The notes under the pieces were generated by a model. The model was not told the origin of the DNA and ran no database searches. It saw only the letters and a program-made list of their open reading frames with translations. A DNA stretch of 32,000 nt from Halalkalibacterium halodurans (lineage in GTDB: Bacteria > Bacillota > Bacilli > Bacillales > Bacillaceae_D): assembly GCF_004376175.1 (NCBI RefSeq), contig NZ_SNUY01000038.1:7206-39205 (forward strand), in the 5' to 3' direction. This document shows, piece by piece, positions 24,589 through 32,000 of this stretch (position 1 is its first letter; each line of letters opens with the position of its first letter). The translations under genes and the position numbers were made by a program.

Positions 24589-26751
24589 ATGACACAGAAT
24601 ACCGCTTCGCCTGTTTTCGCTCTTGATATTGGAACGCGTACAGTCGTTGGTCTTCTATTAAAAGAGGAGAACAACGGCTATGAATTGCTCGATATGGAAG
24701 TCATGGAGCATGCGGAACGCTCCATGCTTGACGGTCAAATCCATAACGTGCCTGCCGTCGCCCAAGTCATTGGTAAAGTCAAGTCAACGTTAGAAGAACG
24801 GCATGGACCCTTATCAAAAGTATGTGTTGCAGCTGCTGGTCGTTCATTACGAACCCAAAAAGCTGCCTTTGATATGAACATTGACGGAAAGCCCATGCTA
24901 ACGAGAGACGATCTGCTCCATCTCGAGTTGAGTGCTGTGCAAAAAGCCCAGTTTGCCCTCGCTCAGGATAAGAAAGATGAGGCTTCTAGGAACTATTATT
25001 GCGTTGGCTATTCAGTATTGCATTATAAGCTAGATGATGAAGAGATCGGAAGCCTTCTCGATCAGACAGGACAAACGGCCGCTGTAGAGGTCATTGCCAC
25101 CTTTTTGCCAAAAGTCGTTGTGGAATCATTAATGGCCGCATTATCCAGAACTGACTTGTCACTCGAAGCGCTGACGCTGGAGCCTATCGCAGCCATTAAC
25201 GTCCTCATTCCTCCTTCTATGCGACGGTTAAATGTGGCTCTTGTCGATATTGGAGCAGGCACATCCGATATTGCGATTACAGAGGAAGGAACTGTTACCG
25301 CTTATGGGATGGTCCCGGTGGCTGGAGATGAAATGACAGAGGCTTTAAGCGATCAGTTTCTTCTTGATTTTCCCGATGCCGAGCGAATGAAACGAGAGAT
25401 AACGGTTCATGATGAGGTCACCATTCAAGATATATTAGGGATGGAAACCACTTTAGCAAAAGAAGATGTGCTAAGTGCTATACGGCCATCGGTTCAAACG
25501 TTAGCCCATGCGATTGCCAATGAAATTCTCAACTTAAATGGTAAAGCACCAAAGGCCGTAATGCTCGTTGGAGGGGGAAGCTTAACACCAGAGCTCCCGC
25601 AACATTTAGCCCGTTGTCTCCAGCTTCCAGACAATCGAGTCGCTGTTCGAGGCATCGATGCCATTAAAGATTTAAAACAAGTATCTGAAGAATATAAAGG
25701 TCCAGAATTGGTGACACCGATCGGCATTGCCATTGCAGCGAAAGAAAATCCGATTGAATATATAAGCATCACGGTAAACGGCCGAACACTACGGTTGTTT
25801 GATGTGAAAACGTTAACGGTTGGAGATGGATTAATCGCTGCTGGGATCGACATTGCGAAATTATATGGAAAACCAGGTTTAGCTGTCATGATGACTCTCC
25901 AAGGTCGACTCATTACGATCCCAGGAGAGCATGGGGAACCTCCGATGCTTATGAAAAATGGAGAAGCAACGAGCCTTGATGAACCGTTAAAAGCAGAGGA
26001 TCGAATCGAAGTAATACCTGGGCAGGATGGAAAAAAGGCTTCACCCAAAATAAGCGATTTGATTGATGAGGTGCCTACTTTATCGATTGAAATTAACGGA
26101 GAAGCAAAGCAAATAACAGGAGTAATTACAAAAAACGGAAAACCTACTTCTTTAGAGGCGGCCGTTGAAGAACGGGATGTTATCGATGTCATGCTCCCAC
26201 AAACGATTGCTGAAGCGTTTGATCAGTTAGGGATTTCCTTTTCTGAGCCAAAACCATTCACTGTTTTTGTAGATGGCCAAAAGATAGAATGGACAGATGA
26301 AGAAGGAAGGTTGCTAAAGAATGGCATCCCGGTAACAGGGGAGACACCTTTGAAGGCTTTCGACAAAATTGATTACATTCATAAAGTGACAAAGCCATAT
26401 ACAATTAATTCATTATGGGAAAAGCTGAACCTTCAACCTACAATGACGATCACGGTCACCGTTAATGGACAACCCGTAACATTGGAAAAAACGACGATGG
26501 CGTTTTGGGAGAACGACAGGTGCTTAGATCCTAACGAGCCGCTTCGATCCCATCAGTCGATCATTCTAAAGAAAAAGGAAATACAGCCATTTACATTTCA
26601 AGATCTCTTTTCTGTCATCGATATTGACCTCTCCCCTTCCCGTTACCGTTCGGTACGTTTGCTGCGAAATGATCATGAAATTGAATTGCAAACGCAGATT
26701 AGAGATGGCGATCAATTATACATTCAATTAGAAGAACGAGCAAAAAGCTAA
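24589..26751 (+). CDS. FtsA/PilM-like actin-fold ATPase (~390 aa) fused to ~330 aa of ThiS/MoaD-like repeats
   Basis: Phosphate-1 FALDIGTRTVVG, phosphate-2 ALVDIGAGTSDIA, adenosine motif VMLVGGGSLTPEL. The C-terminal half carries repeated h-x-h-x-VNG ... KNG ... D-x-I units. Start ATG 24589 (AGGTGA, 7-nt spacing) is preferred to the track's 24505. Confidence 0.8.
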   Translation: MTQNTASPVFALDIGTRTVVGLLLKEENNGYELLDMEVMEHAERSMLDGQIHNVPAVAQVIGKVKSTLEERHGPLSKVCVAAAGRSLRTQKAAFDMNIDGKPMLTRDDLLHLELSAVQKAQFALAQDKKDEASRNYYCVGYSVLHYKLDDEEIGSLLDQTGQTAAVEVIATFLPKVVVESLMAALSRTDLSLEALTLEPIAAINVLIPPSMRRLNVALVDIGAGTSDIAITEEGTVTAYGMVPVAGDEMTEALSDQFLLDFPDAERMKREITVHDEVTIQDILGMETTLAKEDVLSAIRPSVQTLAHAIANEILNLNGKAPKAVMLVGGGSLTPELPQHLARCLQLPDNRVAVRGIDAIKDLKQVSEEYKGPELVTPIGIAIAAKENPIEYISITVNGRTLRLFDVKTLTVGDGLIAAGIDIAKLYGKPGLAVMMTLQGRLITIPGEHGEPPMLMKNGEATSLDEPLKAEDRIEVIPGQDGKKASPKISDLIDEVPTLSIEINGEAKQITGVITKNGKPTSLEAAVEERDVIDVMLPQTIAEAFDQLGISFSEPKPFTVFVDGQKIEWTDEEGRLLKNGIPVTGETPLKAFDKIDYIHKVTKPYTINSLWEKLNLQPTMTITVTVNGQPVTLEKTTMAFWENDRCLDPNEPLRSHQSIILKKKEIQPFTFQDLFSVIDIDLSPSRYRSVRLLRNDHEIELQTQIRDGDQLYIQLEERAKS

Positions 26752-26762
26752 GCCATGAAGGC

Positions 26763-27185
26763 TTAGCTTTTAAGTTCTTCCTCGACTTTCTGTTCGAGGT
26801 CTGCTGCTTCTTTTTTCGCTTCCTCAGTTACCACTTCAACCGATTGCTGCACTTCCGATGTCAATTCATCGGTAAGCTGTTTCGCTTCATCGTATCCTTT
26901 GTTCGTAAGCTCCTTCACCTTATCCATGACTTGGTTCGATTGATCACTAACCGTTTTTGCTAAATTTGTTGATTTTTCTTTTGCAATCGACGCCCACTCA
27001 TTTCCTTTTTCGTAGGCTGAAGATGTAAACTGGCTTGTTTTTTCACGGGCGATTTGTGCTTGATCACTTATATCGCTTCGAAGTTCTTTTCCCGACTTAG
27101 GTGCTAATAATAGAGCGGCGGAAGCTCCAACAATTCCACCGATCAGCGTACCGATTAGAAAGTCCTTCGTGTTCATTTCTGCCAT
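26763..27185 (-). CDS. ytxH: YtxH-family general stress protein
   Basis: DFLIGTLIGGIVGASAALLLAPKSGKELR N-terminal signature, then a K/E-rich helical region. The start overlaps the ytxG stop (TAATG). Confidence 0.8.
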   Translation of the reverse strand: MAEMNTKDFLIGTLIGGIVGASAALLLAPKSGKELRSDISDQAQIAREKTSQFTSSAYEKGNEWASIAKEKSTNLAKTVSDQSNQVMDKVKELTNKGYDEAKQLTDELTSEVQQSVEVVTEEAKKEAADLEQKVEEELKS

Positions 27186-27631
27186 TATAACTCCTCCTTG
27201 GTTTGGTTTACATCTTTCACTTTCGTTCTTTCTTTAAAGCGTTTGTATAGATCAATGGCAACATTGCCCCATTGAACCACTTGTGCAATCTGACCTGATT
27301 GTCGTTCAGTTTCTGTAGCGACCCGGTCAGCGACATGACGAACGGATTGATTCACCTGTTGGACGGCTTGTCCCATATCCTTAACAGAATCGAAAACCGT
27401 ATTTAACGACTCTGATTTTTGCTGGAGGTCATCAGCCAACTGATTGGTCCGATGCAGCAATTGTTCCGTTTCTTTCGTAATCCCTGTCATTTGCTTTTCG
27501 AGCCCTGCCATTGTGTTTGCAACATGATCCAACGTCTTTGTCGCGGAACGGAGCGTACGAATAACGAAAATCACTAAAATTGCAAAAGCAAGGGCAACGA
27601 TCATGGCGCTTATGTATAATAAGCCTTCCAT
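27185..27631 (-). CDS. ytxG: DUF948/YtxG-family general stress protein
   Basis: N-terminal TM (LLYISAMIVALAFAILVIFVI) plus coiled-coil repeats. AGGAGGTG lies 4 nt before ATG 27631. Confidence 0.8.
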   Translation of the reverse strand: MEGLLYISAMIVALAFAILVIFVIRTLRSATKTLDHVANTMAGLEKQMTGITKETEQLLHRTNQLADDLQQKSESLNTVFDSVKDMGQAVQQVNQSVRHVADRVATETERQSGQIAQVVQWGNVAIDLYKRFKERTKVKDVNQTKEEL

Positions 27632-27656
27632 ATGACACCTCCTTACATAGATGGGT

Positions 27657-27682
27657 GTACCCAATTTGGCCATTCATTAAAC
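27657..27682 (-). promoter_or_regulatory. sigma-B-type promoter of ytxGH
   Basis: GTTTAA (27682-27677), 14 nt, GGGTAC (27662-27657), compared with the consensus GTTTAA-N12-15-GGGWAW. It lies ~25 nt upstream of the ytxG start. Confidence 0.55.
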
Positions 27683-27811
27683 TAGCGTTACCCTTCATTA
27701 TAAACGTTTTCGCAGTTTTTTTCTAATCTCCTTCAACTTTTTTCAAGTAACTAGGAACTAAACGGCATATCGTTTACAATAAGGTAGTGACGATAAAAGG
27801 AGGGACCGTGA

Positions 27812-28927
27812 ATGAGAGATCCAAGAATAACAGAGCTAGCAGATAACCTAATTAACTACTCGATTAGGCTTCAACCAGGCGAAAAAGTATTAATCGAAAA
27901 TTTTGGCTTACAGCGTGATTTAGTAACAGCCCTTGTGGAAAAGGCCTATGAAGCAGGTGGTTACCCATTTGTCCTATTAAAAGATTACCAAGTGGATCGC
28001 TCACTTCTTCTAGGAGCACAGGAAGAGCAATTAGAACTGATAGCCCATGTAGAAGCGACGATGATGGAGAAAGTGGACGCATACATCGGCTTGCGCTCTG
28101 GAGATAACATCTCTGAGCTTTCCGATGTCCCTGGAGATAAGTTGGCTTTATGGGGTAAAACTGTTGGTACAAAGGTTCATCGAGAAATCCGTGTACCTAA
28201 GAAGAAGTGGGTTGTCCTTCGGTACCCGAACCATTCTATGGCCCAGCTCGCAAACATGAGCACAGCAGGCTTCGAGGATTTTTATTTTAACGTCTGTAAT
28301 CTAGACTATGGAAAAATGAGTCACGCGATGGATGCCCTTGTTGCGCTCATGAACCGGACAGACAAAGTTCAGATTAAAGGTCCTGGTACTGATTTAACCT
28401 TCTCGATTAAAGGGATCCCTGCAGTCAAGTGCGCAGGAGAAATGAACATTCCAGATGGTGAGGTATATACCGCCCCTGTTCGAGATTCGGTGAATGGAAC
28501 GATCAGCTATAATACACCTACCCCATATCAAGGGTTCACCTTTGAACAAGTATCCTTTACTTTTAAAGATGGAAAGATTATCGAAGCGACTGCCAACGAT
28601 ACTGAGCGAATCAACCGAATTCTTGACTCGGATGAAGGCGCTCGATACATTGGAGAATTTGCCATCGGTGTAAATCCATACATTCTTCACCCGATGAAAG
28701 ACATCCTCTTCGACGAAAAAATCGATGGGAGTTTTCATTTTACACCGGGACAATGCTATGACGATGCCTTCAATGGAAACCACTCCACCATCCATTGGGA
28801 TATTGTCATGATTCAACGCCCTGAATACGGCGGGGGAGAAATTTATTTTGATGATCAGCTTATCCGGAAAGATGGCCGATTTGTCATTGACGAACTACAA
28901 GGACTTAATCCAGAAAACTTAAAATAA
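27812..28927 (+). CDS. ampS: M29-family aminopeptidase (AmpS/PepS type)
   Basis: 371 aa. N-terminus MRDPRITELADNLINYSIRLQPGEKVLI and GEFAIGVNP...H.DIV are typical of aminopeptidase II. RBS GGAGGG. Confidence 0.85.
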   Translation: MRDPRITELADNLINYSIRLQPGEKVLIENFGLQRDLVTALVEKAYEAGGYPFVLLKDYQVDRSLLLGAQEEQLELIAHVEATMMEKVDAYIGLRSGDNISELSDVPGDKLALWGKTVGTKVHREIRVPKKKWVVLRYPNHSMAQLANMSTAGFEDFYFNVCNLDYGKMSHAMDALVALMNRTDKVQIKGPGTDLTFSIKGIPAVKCAGEMNIPDGEVYTAPVRDSVNGTISYNTPTPYQGFTFEQVSFTFKDGKIIEATANDTERINRILDSDEGARYIGEFAIGVNPYILHPMKDILFDEKIDGSFHFTPGQCYDDAFNGNHSTIHWDIVMIQRPEYGGGEIYFDDQLIRKDGRFVIDELQGLNPENLK

Positions 28928-28947
28928 CGACAGGAGCGTATGATTTA

Positions 28948-28985
28948 GCTACCGCAGAGTGTTAAATGGCGGTAGCGTCGTTTTT
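28948..28985 (+). terminator. terminator of ampS
   Basis: GCTACCGC / GCGGTAGC stem, then GTCGTTTTT. Confidence 0.7.
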
Positions 28986-28997
28986 CTATAAAAAGTA

Positions 28998-29039
28998 TAA
29001 AAAGCAGCTTCCTCATTTTGAGGAGTAGCTGCTTTTTTA
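28998..29039. terminator. bidirectional terminator (serves murC)
   Basis: AAAAAGCAGCT...AGCTGCTTTTTT with an inner CCTCA/TGAGG stem. Confidence 0.75.
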
Positions 29040-29047
29040 TTTTTCCG

Positions 29048-30349
29048 TTACGTTGTTAAGACGTGCTCATACGCCTGTTGAAACTTTTGAATGTCCCCGG
29101 CTCCCATAAAAAGAAGAACACCGCTTCGATGATCTTGCAACGGAGCTAGGTCATTTTCTGACAACAAGTGAGCACCAGGAATTAACGCTTGCAAATCTTC
29201 AATCGACAACGAGCCTTTGTTTTCCCTAGCCGATCCAAAAATATCACAAAGGTAGACGTGATCGGCTTGCTTTAAAGCTTCCGCAAACTCATGTAAAAAC
29301 GCTTTTGTCCGTGAAAATGTGTGGGGCTGAAAAATCGCAACTACCGGCCGATCTGGGTATTTTTGCTTTGCGGCCTCAATCGTTGCGGAAATTTCTGTCG
29401 GATGGTGGGCATAGTCATCAATAAGGATTTGACCGCCCAGCGTTTTTTCCGTAAAGCGCCGTTTCACACCTTCAAACGTTTTCAGTTCGCGCGCTAATAC
29501 CTCAACCGGAATGTTTTCATAATGGCAAAGAGCGATAACCGCTAACGAATTCAGGACGTTGTGTTTCCCGAATCTAGGAATTGTAAAATCCCCATAATGA
29601 TTGTTGCGAACGAACACTTGAAAATGCGTACCCTCAGATGTAACTTCGATGTTTCGGGCTTGAAAATCGTTGTCTTCATTGAATCCATAATAAACCACTG
29701 GTACATTCGCATGAATGCCTTGGAGCTGCTCGTCATCCCCGCAAGCGACAATTGCTTTTTTCACTTGCATCGCCATCTCTTGAAAAGCCGAAAAAACATC
29801 GTTAATATCGTCAAAATAATCAGGATGGTCAAAATCAATGTTCGTCATAATACAGTAGTCTGGTCGGTAGTTTAGGAAGTGACGACGATATTCGCAAGCT
29901 TCAAATACAAAGTAATGACTATCTGCCGCTCCTTTACCAGTTCCATCACCGATTAAAAAGGATGTTGGGCAATGAGAGCCTAGCACGTGAGAAAGTAAAC
30001 CAGTCGTAGACGTTTTTCCATGGGAACCCGTAACAGCAATGCTTGTAAACCGCTGGATAAATTCACCTAAAAACGTTGGATAGGACTGGATCTCTAAGCC
30101 TTGCTCTTTCGCTGCTACCACTTCTTCATGTTCGTCTGAGTAAGCAGCAGAAACAACTACCTGTTGTCCTTCTTTTATGTTTTCTTTCTGAAAAGGAAAA
30201 ATAGGAATCCCTTTTTCCTCTAAGGGCTTTTGTGTAAAAAACCGTTTTTCGACATCGGAACCTTGGACCTGATAGTTCATGTCATGTAGGACTTGTGCCA
30301 AAGCACTCATACCCGATCCTTTAATTCCGATAAAATGAAAAGTTGTCAT
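29048..30349 (-). CDS. murC: UDP-N-acetylmuramate--L-alanine ligase
   Basis: [22 protein letters not shown] and DDYAHHP motifs. Start ATG 30349, after GGAGG. Confidence 0.95.
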
Positions 30350-30426
30350 GGGGGAACCTCCATATGTTTGTGGTTTCAACCGCGTCCATAATAAAGGTAT
30401 CATCTGTATCCAATAATTATTGAATT

Positions 30427-30455
30427 ATTATAACAAACTTTAACCTTAACACCAA
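30427..30455 (-). promoter_or_regulatory. candidate sigma-A promoter of murC with extended -10
   Basis: TTGGTG (30455-30450), 17 nt, TGtTATAAT (-10 at 30432-27). Confidence 0.5.
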
Positions 30456-30656
30456 TCGACCGAGTGAACATTCTTTTCCAGTACCACACATCATAGAAAC
30501 ATGCCATTTCCACTTTAAACATTTATCCTTGATACAATATAATCAATTCAATATACATGTGTGAGTAACAGGAAAAGCACAGATTTCCCCTCCATTCCAG
30601 AGGGACCTTAAGCATATAGTAGCCTGTCGCAAAGCGGCAGGCTAAAGATACGTTCT

Positions 30657-31760
30657 TTATTCTACAACTTCAAGGCGAGGGTTGTCGCGATATTTTCGTC
30701 CTGCTTTTGCTTGCTCTTTTCCGTTCAGAATTACGTTGTCACCAGTAAATCCGATATGTATTTTTAACAGACTACTACCAACACCGTAAATATCTACCGG
30801 CACTTGTTGTTTTTCATATGCTGCAATTCTCTCCGCATTGAATCCTCCAGTTGCGATGATTTTCACATGTTGAAAACCTTCTTTGTCCAACGCCTCACGA
30901 AGAGCGAAAAGTAGTGGAGGATTCACCCCTCGAGGGTCGAACGACCCCATTACTTGTGGATTGCGACAAAAGTACTGATCGACCATCGTCCGTGACGTAT
31001 CGACTCGAACTCCTTTTAACTTCTCGCCAAAAGCTCTAGCCACCTTTAATGAGTCGGTAATCACATCATTATTATAGTCTACAAGTGCTGTTAATTCATC
31101 CGTAGGGTACGTTTCATAATAGGCTTGAGTTGCTGCGACAACATCGCCTTCAAACAGCTGAATTAAGGCATGCGGCATCGTCCCCATCCCTTTTTTCCCC
31201 CACCATTCGTTCATCGCATGGGTCGCTTGTGCCGTTGATCCACCGATGTAAGCAGCGTATCCATCACCAGACTGTTGGGTAAAATGGTCGTCACGATCCC
31301 CCATAAAAATGACTGGCTTTTGTTTACCAGAGAGACGCGCTGCTTTTACGACATTGTATACGTTCGTCGCAACCGATGTTCGCCTCGCAAAAATGCCATC
31401 AATAATTCCTTCTAAATAGCCAAAATTTTGATATGGGCCTGTTACGGTTAGTACTGTTTCGAACGGGGTTATTTTGTCCCCATCTTTCAGTGAACGAATC
31501 TCAAGCTCGTCCGGATTTTTTGCGAATGTCTTAATGAGAGCAATGACCTCATCCGTTCCGCACAAAATCGCATGCTCTTTTTGAAAAAATTGCATCGTCA
31601 CCGTATTGTTCGAACGATATTTTTCAACAATGTTTCTCGTTTTCAAAAAATAGACAGCGGAAAACCATCCGTCCCGCACCCGCTCATCAAATTTGAAGGT
31701 TTTATTGGTCAAGCGTTTAATCTTACCTTGCATTTTTTGTTCGATTTCTTTCATAACCAA
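30657..31760 (-). CDS. nicotinate phosphoribosyltransferase-family (type II PRTase) protein
   Basis: 367 aa with the short NAPRTase/QAPRTase-fold pattern (GTMPHALIQ, VRVDTS, IIATGGF, YGVGSSL). The start is TTG 31760 or ATG 31754, after GGGAG. Confidence 0.75.
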   Translation of the reverse strand: MVMKEIEQKMQGKIKRLTNKTFKFDERVRDGWFSAVYFLKTRNIVEKYRSNNTVTMQFFQKEHAILCGTDEVIALIKTFAKNPDELEIRSLKDGDKITPFETVLTVTGPYQNFGYLEGIIDGIFARRTSVATNVYNVVKAARLSGKQKPVIFMGDRDDHFTQQSGDGYAAYIGGSTAQATHAMNEWWGKKGMGTMPHALIQLFEGDVVAATQAYYETYPTDELTALVDYNNDVITDSLKVARAFGEKLKGVRVDTSRTMVDQYFCRNPQVMGSFDPRGVNPPLLFALREALDKEGFQHVKIIATGGFNAERIAAYEKQQVPVDIYGVGSSLLKIHIGFTGDNVILNGKEQAKAGRKYRDNPRLEVVE

Positions 31761-31861
31761 TTTAACTCCCTTGCCATCATCCCTTGTGTCTTCTCCTCTC
31801 AGGAGACCGGAACGAGCTCTTTTTCTCTAGGTCTATGTGATCATTTGACAATCTACCATCT

Positions 31862-31890
31862 ATCATATAAAACCTTTGCTTGGAAAACAA
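31862..31890 (-). promoter_or_regulatory. candidate promoter of the NAPRTase-like gene
   Basis: TTGTTT (31890-31885), 17 nt, TATGAT (31867-31862). Leaves a ~100-nt leader. Confidence 0.35.
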
Positions 31891-31913
31891 GCGTCACAAT
31901 ACCCGTGATTGTG

Positions 31914-32000
31914 TCAACCTTTTGTGGGAGGAGTATTTTCCATCCTCATATGTGTAAGCGAATTCAGGATTTTAGGGTTCTCCTCGTTGAGAATCTTATG
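31914..32000 (-). CDS. 3' end of an unidentified CDS entering from the right edge
   Basis: Open frame from the window edge, ...HKILNEENPKILNSLTHMRMENTPPTKG*, with stop TGA at 31916-31914. Too short to classify. Confidence 0.3.
   Translation of the reverse strand, partial: HKILNEENPKILNSLTHMRMENTPPTKG

Noticed and set aside
25494-26192. 232-aa minus-strand ORF inside the FtsA-like gene
   Set aside because: It is antisense to a CDS with clear ATPase motifs. The Ser/Pro-rich translation has no motifs and no RBS.
27432-28816. Antisense ORFs 27432-27698, 27864-28172 and 28394-28816
   Set aside because: They overlap ytxG and ampS on the opposite strand with no independent support.
30621-30643. 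Hairpin AGCCTGTCGC-aaa-GCGGCAGGCT downstream of the NAPRTase-like gene
   Set aside because: A 9/10-bp stem with no U-tract on either strand. It may be a terminator, but evidence is too weak to list as a feature.
1-32000. Scan for CRISPR arrays, IS or transposase genes, tRNA/rRNA, and toxin-antitoxin or defence gene pairs
   Set aside because: None found. The only repeats are the two M-box copies and the 39-bp tandem duplication. All large ORFs have housekeeping-type assignments except those listed as findings.

Overview
This is a chromosomal segment of a Bacillaceae-type Firmicute. About two thirds is conserved housekeeping DNA whose gene order parallels the B. subtilis tyrS / acsA-acuABC / motPS-ccpA / aroA / ytxGH / murC region (comparison from memory). 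Coding density is high and most genes are on the minus strand. I found no rRNA, tRNA, CRISPR array or recognisable IS or transposase. RNA regulators are a Tyr (UAC) T-box leader before tyrS and two nearly identical M-box (Mg2+) riboswitches in series before an mgtC-mgtE operon, with a strongly RBS-supported 30-codon membrane-peptide ORF between them. Two parts look accessory. (1) Positions 993-4130 hold one tightly packed minus-strand operon: a Cys-rich CWC protein, an ECF-type sigma factor whose C-terminal extension looks like half a VOC/bleomycin-resistance domain, four tandem VOC paralogs (one frameshifted), and a GyrI-like ligand-binding protein. This is my best candidate for an undescribed regulatory/resistance module. 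(2) Positions 13440-15000 are an AT-rich decayed islet with a LacI-family pseudogene. Other points of interest are a 720-aa FtsA/PilM-like actin-fold ATPase fused to about five ThiS/MoaD-like repeats, and a class A PBP with an FN3 domain, a perfect 39-bp in-frame tandem duplication and an extreme K/E/D tail. All family calls come from motif recognition by eye. No database search was run.
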